Shown here piece by piece: positions 46,652-56,101 of a DNA stretch of 64,000 bases; position 1 is the first letter of the stretch; each line of letters opens with the position of its first letter. Both the position numbers and the translations under genes were made by a program. The stretch is from an uncultured Acidimicrobiia bacterium (GTDB lineage Bacteria > Actinomycetota > Acidimicrobiia > IMCC26256 > JAENVU01). The notes beneath the pieces were generated by a model. It ran no database searches. It was not told the origin of the DNA and saw only the letters and a list, made by a program, of their open reading frames with translations. The DNA lies in assembly GCA_963701625.1 (NCBI GenBank), contig CAVPAT010000005.1:3146-67145 (forward strand). The letters run 5' to 3'.

Positions 46652-47341
46652 ATGGATGCCGATCCCGCGCTGACCCTGGCCGTGCGCGAGAACGCAACGT
46701 GGTGCGACATCGTGTGTCGGCTGCACCGACTCACGCCCCAGGCCGACGCGAACCTGTGGTGGTCCGACCGACGCGCTCCTTCCTGGTATCCGGACGCGAT
46801 CACATTCGACGCTGCGGTGAGCGAGTTCGACGTCCTCAGGCGAATCCACGACGCACCCGGCGCGACGGTCAAGGACTCCTTCAGCACGCTGGACCTCGAG
46901 CCGCATGGGTACCGAGTGCTGGTCGACGCCACCTGGGTCGCGCGCCCGCCCGGGGCGGCCGCCTCGGCGGGGAGGGCAACGCTCGACCCCGTCACCGACA
47001 AGTTCACGTTCAACGCATGGCGGCACGCATGGGGCGGTCCGGCCGACGTCCTCGTCCCCGCCCTGCTGCGAGCGCCCGGGGTGACCGTGCTCGGCACGCA
47101 CGACGGCGACCGCTACCGCGCGGGCGGCGTCGCCCACCAGACCCGCATCGGTGGCGACGAGGTCGTCGGGATCTCGAACGCCTTCGGCGGGATCGTGCCG
47201 CTGGCGGAGGCGGCGGCGGCGCGATACCCCGACGCCTGGGTCGTCGGGTACGAGCACGGTGACGCCCTCACCGCGTTGCTCGATGGCGGCTTCACCGCGC
47301 TCGGCCCGCTGCGGGTCTGGGCCCGAGACCCCGTCGACTGA
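46652..47341 (+). CDS. Hypothetical protein (possibly an acyl-CoA N-acyltransferase-like fold)
   Basis: A 229-aa ORF with good coding character and no motif I can name. Confidence 0.4.
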   Translation: MDADPALTLAVRENATWCDIVCRLHRLTPQADANLWWSDRRAPSWYPDAITFDAAVSEFDVLRRIHDAPGATVKDSFSTLDLEPHGYRVLVDATWVARPPGAAASAGRATLDPVTDKFTFNAWRHAWGGPADVLVPALLRAPGVTVLGTHDGDRYRAGGVAHQTRIGGDEVVGISNAFGGIVPLAEAAAARYPDAWVVGYEHGDALTALLDGGFTALGPLRVWARDPVD

Positions 47342-47375
47342 ACCCACACCTGGTAGCAAGCGCGACACTGCACCC

Positions 47376-47801
47376 GTGGAGATCCGGGAGTTCGTCGAGG
47401 CCGATTCCGACGCCGTCGTCGCGTTGTGGGAAGCCTGCGATCTGGTTCGCCCCTGGAACGATCCGCGCAAGGACATCGCGCGCAAGGTCGCCGTCGCTGA
47501 CGGACTGTTCCTCATCGCAGTCGTCGACGACAGGATCCAAGGCGTCGTCATGGGTGGCTACGACGGACACCGCGGCTGGGTCAACTACCTCGCCGTCGAC
47601 CCGACCATGCAGGGGGCCGGGATCGGTCGCGCCCTGATGGGCTCGGTCGAGGCGCGCCTCCGGGCGCGGGGCTGCCCGAAGATCAACCTCCAGGTGCGCG
47701 ACACGAACCCGGTCGCGCTCACGTTCTACGAACGACTCGGCTTCGCGGTCGACGCGGCCGTCAGCATGGGCAAACGCCTGGAGTCCGACGAGGTGAACTG
47801 A
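47376..47801 (+). CDS. GNAT-family N-acetyltransferase (YpeA-like)
   Basis: (GTG)EIREFVEADSDAVVALWEACDLVRPWNDPRKDI..GVVMGGYDGHRGWVNYLAVDP..QGAGIGRALM..LQVRDTNPVALTFYERLGF. Confidence 0.8.
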   Translation: MEIREFVEADSDAVVALWEACDLVRPWNDPRKDIARKVAVADGLFLIAVVDDRIQGVVMGGYDGHRGWVNYLAVDPTMQGAGIGRALMGSVEARLRARGCPKINLQVRDTNPVALTFYERLGFAVDAAVSMGKRLESDEVN

Positions 47802-47907
47802 CGAGGACGCGGCTCGTGTCGACGCCGCCCGGCGTACGCATCTGCTCGGACCCTTCCGCACCTGGCGGTCCGAGCGGTTGTGATCACGAGCCCGTAGCGT
47901 TGGTGGC

Positions 47908-49206
47908 ATGAGCCCCGAGATCCTCCCTCCGACCGAAGCTGCCGCCCGGCTCGAGGTGCGCGACACGCTCGGCATCCCCCTCGGACCCGGTCAGCCGTCC
48001 GCCTTCCTCCATGCGCTCGACACGCGTGACGACTGGATCGAACTCACGGTGTTCGGCGCGCTCCTCGTGGACCTCTACGGCGTGTTCCTCAAGCCCGGGG
48101 TCCGCTACCTCTCCGGGTTCTTCGGACCGGCTGAGCGCTTCCTGGTGGAGAGCGGCGGCCGAGTCGAGTTCCTCCCAGCCGATTTCCGCCGGTTCACCCG
48201 GATCGCCGAGCAGCTGGCCCCGCGCGTGGTCGCGACCGTCGCGACACCGCCGGACAACGACGGCTACTGCTCCCTGTCGCTCCACGCCGGTGCGACCATC
48301 GGCGCGATCCACAGCGCGGGCGCGGATCCCGATCGACTGCTCGTCGTCGAGACGAACGCGAAGTTTCCGCGCACCTTCGGCCTCGAACCTGACCATCACC
48401 ATCGGGTGCACATCGACGAGATCGACATCCTCGTCGAGTCCGATCGCGATCTCTTCATCCTGCCGGACGCACCGGCCAATACCGCCGACACCGCCATCGC
48501 CGAACACGTCCGTGCGCTGATCCCCGATGGCGCGACGCTCCAGACCGGCATCGGCGGCATTCCGTCCATGGTGGTCGGACTCTTGGCCGACGGCGACGGC
48601 GGCGACTACGGCGTGCACTCGGAGATGTTCACCACTGGGCTCATGCAACTCCACCGCGCCGGGAAGGTGTCGAATGCCCACAAGGGTCAGTTCGACGGCG
48701 TCTCGGTCACGACCTTCGCCGCCGGGACCCAAGAGCTCTATGACTGGCTCGACGGCAACCGGGAGGTTGCGTTTCTTCCGGTCGACATCGTGAACGCGCC
48801 CGAGGTGATCTCGCGGAACAACACGATGATCACCGTCAACGGCGCATTGTCGGTCGACCTCTACGGCCAGGTCGTCGCCGACACGATCGGTGGGCACCAG
48901 TTCTCCGGCATCGGCGGCCACGAGGACTTCATCGCCCAGTCCGGGCTCTCGCTCGAGGACCGGTCGCTCGTGTGCCTGCGGTCCACCTCGAAGGTCGAGG
49001 GCGTACCGATCTCACGAATCGTGCCCGCGCTCCCCGAAGGCTGGATCGTGACCACCCCGCGTCATCAGTTGGATCTCGTCGTCACCGAATACGGCGTGGC
49101 GCGCCTCCGAGGCCGGACCGTGCGGGAGCGGGCACGAGCGCTCGCGGACATTGCCGACCCGCAGTTTCGCGACGCACTCAAGGAACGCGCTGAGCAACTC
49201 AGCTAG
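47908..49206 (+). CDS. Acetyl-CoA hydrolase/transferase family protein (4-hydroxybutyrate CoA-transferase-like)
   Basis: ..GATLQTGIGGIPSMVV..HSEMFTTGLMQLHRAGKVSN..INGALSVDLYGQVVADTIGGHQFSGIGGHEDF.. Confidence 0.8.
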   Translation: MSPEILPPTEAAARLEVRDTLGIPLGPGQPSAFLHALDTRDDWIELTVFGALLVDLYGVFLKPGVRYLSGFFGPAERFLVESGGRVEFLPADFRRFTRIAEQLAPRVVATVATPPDNDGYCSLSLHAGATIGAIHSAGADPDRLLVVETNAKFPRTFGLEPDHHHRVHIDEIDILVESDRDLFILPDAPANTADTAIAEHVRALIPDGATLQTGIGGIPSMVVGLLADGDGGDYGVHSEMFTTGLMQLHRAGKVSNAHKGQFDGVSVTTFAAGTQELYDWLDGNREVAFLPVDIVNAPEVISRNNTMITVNGALSVDLYGQVVADTIGGHQFSGIGGHEDFIAQSGLSLEDRSLVCLRSTSKVEGVPISRIVPALPEGWIVTTPRHQLDLVVTEYGVARLRGRTVRERARALADIADPQFRDALKERAEQLS

Positions 49207-49230
49207 GCCCGACGGCGACATTCCGACTCG

Positions 49231-49258
49231 CGTGCTGCACGCCAGAGTTTGCAGCACG
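49231..49258. terminator. Hairpin between convergent genes (factor-independent terminator candidate without a U-tract)
   Basis: CGTGCTGCA-10 nt-TGCAGCACG forms a 9-bp stem. It lies 25 nt after the stop at 49206 and 22 nt after the stop at 49280. Confidence 0.4.
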
Positions 49259-49279
49259 GGTGCGAGAACACGGGTGGGG

Positions 49280-50146
49280 TCAGTCCGCGACCCGCGCGGC
49301 GAACTCGCCGAGGCGGTCGAGCCACTGTGCGCGGGTCGTGCAACCGTCGAACTGCACCGCGAGCCACTCGACGCCGAGGTCCGCGAACACCGAGTGATCT
49401 GGCGTGTCCGGGAACGGCGCGAAACAGATCGTGAGCGGATCGGTCCGACCGATCTCCACCGCGTACGTACGCGCGGCATCGAGCCGAACTGCGAACTCGT
49501 CCACGCTCGTGATCGCCGGCGTCTTGGTCGCACGCGAGGCCGCCGGGGGGTTCGGGAACGGCGACCAGCCCTGACCGATCTCCACGGCGCGGCGCATCGC
49601 CCGGGTGCTGTTGCCCCCGATCCAGACCGGGATCGGCGCAGGCTGCGGCAATTGGGTGACGCCGCGGGCGATATATCCAGGACCGTCGACGGCGATGCTC
49701 GACTCGGACCAGGCCCGACGCATCAGCGCGATCGTCTCGTCGAGCAGGTCGTTGCGTCGGTCGAAGTCCGCGCCGAGCGCGGCGAACTCGGGCTTGAGGT
49801 ATCCCGCGGCGACACCCAGGATCACCCGACCGCCGGAGAGGTTCTGCAGGGTGGCGACCCCCTTGGCGGCGAGGAACGGGTTGCGGTACGCCGCGACGAA
49901 GACGTGGGTGTGCAGCATCACCCTGCGGGTCGCAGCTGCGGCGACGGCCAACGCCACCATCGGGTCCTGCGCCTGATGACCGCCGCCCTCGAGCCAGCGG
50001 TCGTCCGGCGCGGGATGGTCCGTGACGTACACCGCGTCCAGGCCGGCCGCTTCGACCGCCACCGCCATCTCCGCAACGGCATCGCCGGTCACGAACTCGT
50101 CCTGATGGTCCACGTGATCGACGGGGAGTCCCACGGAGTAGCGCAT
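49280..50146 (-). CDS. LLM-class F420-dependent oxidoreductase
   Basis: MRYSVGLP..AGLDAVYVTDHP..HTHVFVAAYRNPFLAAKGVATLQNLSGGRVILGVAAGYLKPEF.. Confidence 0.8.
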   Translation of the reverse strand: MRYSVGLPVDHVDHQDEFVTGDAVAEMAVAVEAAGLDAVYVTDHPAPDDRWLEGGGHQAQDPMVALAVAAAATRRVMLHTHVFVAAYRNPFLAAKGVATLQNLSGGRVILGVAAGYLKPEFAALGADFDRRNDLLDETIALMRRAWSESSIAVDGPGYIARGVTQLPQPAPIPVWIGGNSTRAMRRAVEIGQGWSPFPNPPAASRATKTPAITSVDEFAVRLDAARTYAVEIGRTDPLTICFAPFPDTPDHSVFADLGVEWLAVQFDGCTTRAQWLDRLGEFAARVAD

Positions 50147-50193
50147 CGGGTCGGCACGCTACCGTCGGGGCAACCCCGCTGGAGGAGAGACCC

Positions 50194-51435
50194 GTGTCGA
50201 TCATCGACGACGTCGCACTGAGCACCCCCGAGTTCTGGGCTGCACCCGACGCCGAGCGCGAAGCCGGATTCCGGCAACTGCGCGAGGACGCTCCGATCAC
50301 CTTCTACCCGGAGCCCGACTACGGCCCCGATATTCCACCGGGACCCGGCTACTGGTCGCTCGCCCGCTTCGAGGACGTGATGTACACCAGCCGGCACCCC
50401 GAGCTGTTCTGTTCCGGTCGGGGCGGTACGAACATCGGCGACCTCCCGGACGGCATCGGCGAGTTCCTCGGCTCCATCATCAACATGGACGACCCGCGGC
50501 ACAAGAAGCTGCGCGGGCTCGTCAACCACGGCTTCACGCCGAAGGCCCTCGGCGCGCTGCTCGAAGGTGTGCGCGAGCGCACGACCGAGGTCATCGATGC
50601 GGTGGCCGAGAAAGGCGAGTGCGACTTCGTCGCCGAGATCGCCGCGCCGATGCCACTGGCGATCGTGTGCGACATGGTCGGTGTACCGCCGTCGCAGCGC
50701 CAGACGGTCTTGGACGCCAGCAACATCATCCTGGGCGTCGGCGACCCCGAGTACGTGCAGACGATGGAAGACCTCATGGCCGCGTTCATGAGCCTGTACC
50801 AGATGGCGATGGAACTCGGCGAGCATCGCCTCGCCAACCCCGCCGACGACATCGCCACCACGCTCATGCAGGCCGAGGTCGACGGTGAGCGGCTGACCGT
50901 CCCCGAGTTCGCGTCATTCTTCATTCTGTTGGTCGTCGCCGGCAACGAGACGACCCGGACCACGATCAGCCACGGCATGTGGGCGCTCCACCAGCACGGT
51001 GAGCAGCGAGCGTTGTGGAGCGCCGACTTCGACACGCACGCGGTGAACGCGGTCGAGGAGATCGTGCGCTGGGCGACGCCGGTGATCCACTTCCGGCGCA
51101 CCGCGACGCAGGACACCGAGATCAACGGCCAGCCGATCGCCGAGGGCGACAAGGTCGTGATGTGGTTCAACTCGGCCAACCGCGACGAGCGCACCTTCGA
51201 CGACCCGTTCCGCTTCGACATCACCCGCTCGCCGAACCCACACCTGGGTTACGGCGGCGGCGGACCGCACTTCTGCCTCGGCGCCAACCTGGCCCGCCGT
51301 GAGATCCGGGTCATGTTCGAGCAACTGTTCCAGCGGCTCCCGGACATCGAGATCACCGCCGAACCGGACCTCCTGCAGTCCAGCTTCATCCACGGCATCA
51401 AGCGGATGCAGTGCGCGTTCACACCGGCGAGGTAG
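50194..51435 (+). CDS. Cytochrome P450 (CYP125/CYP124-like)
   Basis: The I-helix is ..FFILLVVAGNETTRTTISH.., the ExxR motif is ..EEIVRWATP.. and the heme loop is HLGYGGGGPHFCLGANLARRE. Confidence 0.9.
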   Translation: MSIIDDVALSTPEFWAAPDAEREAGFRQLREDAPITFYPEPDYGPDIPPGPGYWSLARFEDVMYTSRHPELFCSGRGGTNIGDLPDGIGEFLGSIINMDDPRHKKLRGLVNHGFTPKALGALLEGVRERTTEVIDAVAEKGECDFVAEIAAPMPLAIVCDMVGVPPSQRQTVLDASNIILGVGDPEYVQTMEDLMAAFMSLYQMAMELGEHRLANPADDIATTLMQAEVDGERLTVPEFASFFILLVVAGNETTRTTISHGMWALHQHGEQRALWSADFDTHAVNAVEEIVRWATPVIHFRRTATQDTEINGQPIAEGDKVVMWFNSANRDERTFDDPFRFDITRSPNPHLGYGGGGPHFCLGANLARREIRVMFEQLFQRLPDIEITAEPDLLQSSFIHGIKRMQCAFTPAR

Positions 51436-51444
51436 GGCAGCGAC

Positions 51445-52305
51445 ATGGCCGATCTCGCGCCGTTCGATCCGGGCTACGGGCCGCTCGTGGATACAACGAT
51501 GCGGGTCGCGGCCTGGAACATCTGGGCGCGGTACGCCGCCTGGGAGGCGCGGGCCCCGGTCATCGAGGCGCAACTCCGGGCGGCGGCGCCCGACGTCTGC
51601 CTGCTCGTGGAGGTGTGGGACGAACCCGGGGTGCGATCCCAGGCCCAGGAGCTGGCGGACGCGCTGGGCGGGTTCGAACATGTGTACGCGTCGAACCTCG
51701 TGTTCCCCGACGGTATCCACGCGGGAAACGCGGTCCTGAGCCGCTGGCCGATCGTCCGCAGCGAGGTGCGCTCGCTTCCCCGGGAGGCGCCGAACGGTTC
51801 GCGTGACGACAACGGCGAGGAACGACTGTGTGTGTTCGCGGAGATCGACGGGCCGCGCGGATTGATCCAGGCGTTCAGCGCGCATCTGTCCTGGCGAGCG
51901 GATCACGGCGCGATCCGCCAGGAGCAAGTCCGCGCGATCTGCGAGTTCGTCCGCGACACTCGACCGCGAGCAATGCCGGCCATCCTCGGGTGCGATCTCA
52001 ACGCTGCGCCCGACACCGACGAGATCCGCATGCTGACCGGTCATGCGGCGGTACCGGTCCCCGGCATCTGGTTCCGCGACGCGTGGCTCCACGGCGGCGA
52101 CGGGCCCGGCATGACCTGGGACAACCGCAACCCCTGGGCGGCAACCAGCCTCGACGTCGACCGGCGGATCGACTACATCCTCGTCGGCCATCCGAAGATC
52201 GGCGGGGTGGGCGACGTCGTGCACGCGGAACTGCTCGGTAACACGCCGATCGCCGGTGTCTACGGCTCCGATCACTTCGGTCTCGTCGCGGACCTGCGCT
52301 ACTGA
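51445..52305 (+). CDS. Endonuclease/exonuclease/phosphatase (EEP) family protein
   Basis: ..RVAAWNIW..DVCLLVEVW..ILGCDLNA..RIDYILV..GSDHFGLVADL. Confidence 0.75.
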   Translation: MADLAPFDPGYGPLVDTTMRVAAWNIWARYAAWEARAPVIEAQLRAAAPDVCLLVEVWDEPGVRSQAQELADALGGFEHVYASNLVFPDGIHAGNAVLSRWPIVRSEVRSLPREAPNGSRDDNGEERLCVFAEIDGPRGLIQAFSAHLSWRADHGAIRQEQVRAICEFVRDTRPRAMPAILGCDLNAAPDTDEIRMLTGHAAVPVPGIWFRDAWLHGGDGPGMTWDNRNPWAATSLDVDRRIDYILVGHPKIGGVGDVVHAELLGNTPIAGVYGSDHFGLVADLRY

Positions 52306-53106
52306 CGCCGGAACCAGTCGCGCGCGACCGCGCTGAACTCGGCCTCGTACAGCACGTATTGCTCGCGCAGCGGCGCGCCGCGCCAATCGCCAGGCAGCAG
52401 TTCTTCAGGAAGCTGAGGATCGGCGCGAATGTGTCGCAGGGTCGCGGCCCCCGCGAGGAACGCCGCCACGATCGCCTCATCACGATTTCCGTGAAGACGC
52501 GCGGTCTCGGCCGTGAGTCGCGCGAGCAGAACCACCGCGGTGCGGTTCCAGCGGTCCGGTGCGAACAGCCGGTTGGCGAGCGCAACGGGGTCGTCGTCGG
52601 GTCGCACATCCAACCATGCGGCCCGCGGATCCTCGACGAGTTCGAGGTTGTCGGGCCGCAGCCACACGCCTTCCCGCCATTCGGCGAGCCTCGCCCGCCG
52701 GAAGGCGGCGCGCATCTCCGCGCGTGCTCGGCGCGGCGCGGGCGGTGCCGACCGCCACCGCCATCCGCCAGCTGCCGGACCAGGCGTGGGACTCGGGGGC
52801 GAGCGAGGCCTGTTGCTCCTCACGCCGCCGGGCGAGGTTGCCGACCAACTCGTAGCGGTCACCGTCCCGCCGAAGCTCGCCGGCGGCGGTCATCCGGTGC
52901 AGCGCCACCCGTGCCGTTCCGGGCGTGATCCCGAACAGTCCACACCACCGGACCAGGTCCCGATTTCGGGCTCCCGCCCGTCGCCCGAGCAACAACGAGG
53001 CCATCACCGAGCGGGCGGAGAGGGGTCGGCCGCCGCCGCCCGTCGGGTCGAGATCGAGCACCGCCGGACGGCGGTCCCGAGTGAGAGCGTTACGTGATTG
53101 CAACAT
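52299..53106 (-). CDS. PaaX-family transcriptional regulator, one frameshift at ~52740
   Basis: The N-terminal winged helix ..SARSVMASLLLG..LVRWCGLFGITPGTARVALHRMTAAGEL.. is in ORF 52480..53106. The C-terminal part ..AAFRRARLAEWREGVWLRPDNL.. is in ORF 52299..52862. Confidence 0.7.
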
Positions 53107-53126
53107 CTGTTGTAATCACCGTAACG
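53088..53126. promoter_or_regulatory. Near-perfect inverted repeat (candidate operator) centred on the PaaX-like start codon
   Basis: CGTTACGTGATTGCAACA-TC-TGTTGTAATCACCGTAACG. The arms match at 17 of 18 aligned positions, with a one-base gap. It sits in the 27-bp gap between divergent start codons at 53106 (minus) and 53134 (plus). Confidence 0.6.
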
Positions 53127-53133
53127 TACCCGC

Positions 53134-54083
53134 ATGGCTGCCACCGTGCTCCCCGAACCGGGACTCCTCGTCGCACCCGATCCCGAAGGCCCCATTGCAC
53201 CGACTGGCAAGCCCAAGCCGGAACTCCGCGAACAGCTCCGAAAGATTCCGACGCTGCGCAACGTCGTGAATGCGATCGTGCTCTACGCGGTGACGATCGG
53301 GATCTTCGTGGTCGTTGCGTGGGCGAAGAACCCGTTCGTGTGGGTCGCCGCGTTCCTCGCGATGGGCCCGATCCACGCCCGCTTCGCGATCTTCATGCAC
53401 GAGGCCGCGCATCGACTCCTCTTCGCGAACCGCAAGGCGAACGACTTCTTCGGCCGCTGGTTCATCGCGTTCCCGCGTTCGTGCCGATCGACCTCTACCG
53501 ACGCGGTCACATGGCGCACCACCGCGAGGAGTTCGGACCAAATGAACCCGACATCCCGCTCTACCGTGGCTACCCGATCCCCCGAGACTCGTTCCGCCGC
53601 AAACTCACCCGCGACGCGATCGGCATCACCGGATGGAGACTGACCAAAGGTCTGTTCCGGGGCGTCGTTGCCCAGGACGCCAAGGTGCGCAGCCAGGCGC
53701 GCGGCATCGTCGCCGTCCAGGTCGTCATGCTGGGACTGTTCACGCTGTTCGGTCACCCGTGGATGTATTTCATCCTCTGGTTCGCGCCTCACCTCACCGT
53801 GTGGCGGGTCATCAACCGGCTCCGCAGCATCGCCGAGCACGGCGGCATGCAGCACTCGGATGATCGCCGCCAGACCACCCACTCCGTGGTCCAGCACTGG
53901 CCGGCGCGGCTGACGATCGTCCCGTACTTCACCGGTTGGCACCTCGCCCATCACGTGGACTCAGGCATCCCGATGCGCAACCTGCCGAAGCTGCACGACG
54001 AGCTGATCCGGTCGGGCTACGTCCAGCCCGGCCTCGAGTACCGCAGCTACCCGGCGCTGTGGAAGGCCCTCGCCAGCGGCTGA
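53134..54083 (+). CDS. Membrane fatty-acid desaturase family protein, one frameshift at ~53470
   Basis: The His boxes are HEAAHRLL (ORF 53134..53643), then HMAHHREE and ..GWHLAHHVD (ORF 53094..54083). Several transmembrane segments are present. Confidence 0.75.
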
Positions 54084-54146
54084 CCGCCCGACCCGGTCAC
54101 TCACTGTCCAACCGCGTCGCGCACGCGATCTCCTAGTGTCCGAGCG

Positions 54147-54849
54147 GTGAAGCTCGGGGTGATCGCCGGTTCGGCGTTACGAGAGAGCGAGTTCGCTCGG
54201 CAGGGAGTGCGCACCGAGCACGCCGGCGTCGCGACGCTCACCATCGGCGACAGCGGTGGTGCTCCAGCGCCACGGTCTCGACACCTGGAGCCCACCCCAT
54301 CGCATCGATCATCGGGCGCACGTTGCCGCTCTCCTCGAGGCCGGAGTCGACCGGATCCTCGCGATCTCGTCGGTTGGCAGCCTCCGGACCGACTGGCCGG
54401 TTGGCACGTGTGTCCTCGTCGACGACTTCTACGCACCCAGCGAGACCACACCCTTCTACGACGACGCTCGGAGCCACATCGTGCCGAATTCGGACCCGAC
54501 CTGGCGGGCCGAGACCCGCACCGCGTGGACCGCGGCCACCCGGACACCGCTGGTCGACGGCGGGGTCTACGCGCAGACCCGTGGCCCCCGGTTCGAGACT
54601 CCGGCTGAGGTACGCGCCCTCGCCAACGTCGCCGATCTGGTCGGCATGACCGTTGCTTCCGAAGCCATGCTCGCGACCGAAGTCGGCATCCCGTACGCGG
54701 CGATCTGCGTCGTCGACAACCTCGCGAACGGCTTGGGCGAGGCGCCGCTCACGATCGAGAAGTTCACCGCCGGCGTCGCGGCCAACCGCACGCGCCTCAT
54801 CAACGACCTCGACGCCGTGATACCGACGCTGACCGGAGCGAAGCCATGA
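54147..54849 (+). CDS. S-methyl-5'-thioadenosine phosphorylase / PNP-family phosphorylase, one frameshift at ~54255
   Basis: MKLGVIAGSAL.. is in ORF 54147..54608. The gene continues in ORF 54256..54849 as ..VVLQRHG..PPHRIDHRAHVAALLEAGVDRILAISSVGSL..YAQTRGPRFETPAEVR..GMTVASEA.LA.E.GI.YAAICVVDN. Confidence 0.75.
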
Positions 54850-56099
54850 GTTCGTGTTTTACCGACGTCGTCCTCGATGGGGAGCGCACCAGCATCCGGG
54901 TCGTCGACGGCACGATTCGGGGCATCGGTCCGGACCTGGCGACCTCGGGCGATCAGATCATCGACGGTGCCGGACTCGCGGTGATTCCAGGACTGGTCAA
55001 CGGACACGGGCACGCCGCGATGACCTTGCTGCGCGGCTACGGCGACGATCTTCCGCTCAAAGCATGGTTGGAAACCCGCATCTGGCCCGCCGAGGCGCGG
55101 CTGACGCCCGAAGACGTCTACTGGGGAACCCGACTCGCGTGCCTCGAGATGATCCGCAGCGGCACCACGCGGTGCTGGGACATGTACTGGCAACCCGCCG
55201 AAGTGGCACGCGCAATGGTCGACGCCGGCATGCGCGCCACCGTCAGCCAGGTGCTGCTGACCACCGGCGACGCGCCCGACGACGCCCGGCCCGACGTCGC
55301 ATCCGATGGGCTCGACCGTCTCGCCGAGTTCGGGGATCTCGTCACCCCGAGCTTGGGGCCCCACGCGATCTACACGGTGGACGAAGGCGCTCTGCGAGTC
55401 GTGGCCGAGCTTTCCGAATCTCGCAACGTTCCCGTGCAGATCCATCTCAGCGAAACCAAGCGTGAGGTCCTCAAGTGCCTCGACGCCTACGGTTGCCGCC
55501 CCGCGCACTTCCTCGACCGGGTCGGGCTCCTCACCCCGCGCACCGTGCTCGCCCACAGTGTCTGGCTCGACGAAGCCGAGGTCGAACTCATCGCCAAACG
55601 CGGCGCAACGATCGTGACCAACCCGGCGTCGAACATGAAGCTCGCAGCCGGTGCCACGTTCGACTATCCGGCCGCGACCGACGCCGGTATCCCGATCGGA
55701 CTCGGCACCGACGGCGCGGCATCCAACAACAGCCTCGACCTTCTCCAGGAAGCCAAGATCCTCGCCCTGCTCCAGAAGCACGCCAACGACGACGCCACGA
55801 TGCTTCCGGCCGCAGAAGCATGGGACATCGTCACTGGCGGTGATGCACCACTGCTGGGCGCCACGCCGCTCGCTGCCGGCGCTCCGGCCGACTTCTGCCT
55901 CGTCGATCAGAACGCGGTGGAGCTCACACCGGCGGCATTGGTCGACGCGTTGATCTATTCCGCGACTGGCGCGGCGGTACAGACCGTGGTCATCGCGGGA
56001 CGCGTCGTCATGCGGGACCGAGTGATCGAAGGCGAAGCCGAGATCCGGGAACGAGCCACCGCCTCTGCAACGCGCATCCGCCAACCAGAACCGAGCTGA
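54846..56099 (+). CDS. mtaD: Amidohydrolase, 5-methylthioadenosine/S-adenosylhomocysteine deaminase-like
   Basis: ..IPGLVNGHGHAAMTLLRGYGDDLPLKAWLETRIWPAE..IHLSET..VLAHSVWL..GLGTDGAASNNSLD.. Confidence 0.8.
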   Translation: MSSCFTDVVLDGERTSIRVVDGTIRGIGPDLATSGDQIIDGAGLAVIPGLVNGHGHAAMTLLRGYGDDLPLKAWLETRIWPAEARLTPEDVYWGTRLACLEMIRSGTTRCWDMYWQPAEVARAMVDAGMRATVSQVLLTTGDAPDDARPDVASDGLDRLAEFGDLVTPSLGPHAIYTVDEGALRVVAELSESRNVPVQIHLSETKREVLKCLDAYGCRPAHFLDRVGLLTPRTVLAHSVWLDEAEVELIAKRGATIVTNPASNMKLAAGATFDYPAATDAGIPIGLGTDGAASNNSLDLLQEAKILALLQKHANDDATMLPAAEAWDIVTGGDAPLLGATPLAAGAPADFCLVDQNAVELTPAALVDALIYSATGAAVQTVVIAGRVVMRDRVIEGEAEIRERATASATRIRQPEPS

Positions 56100-56101
56100 C
56101 C

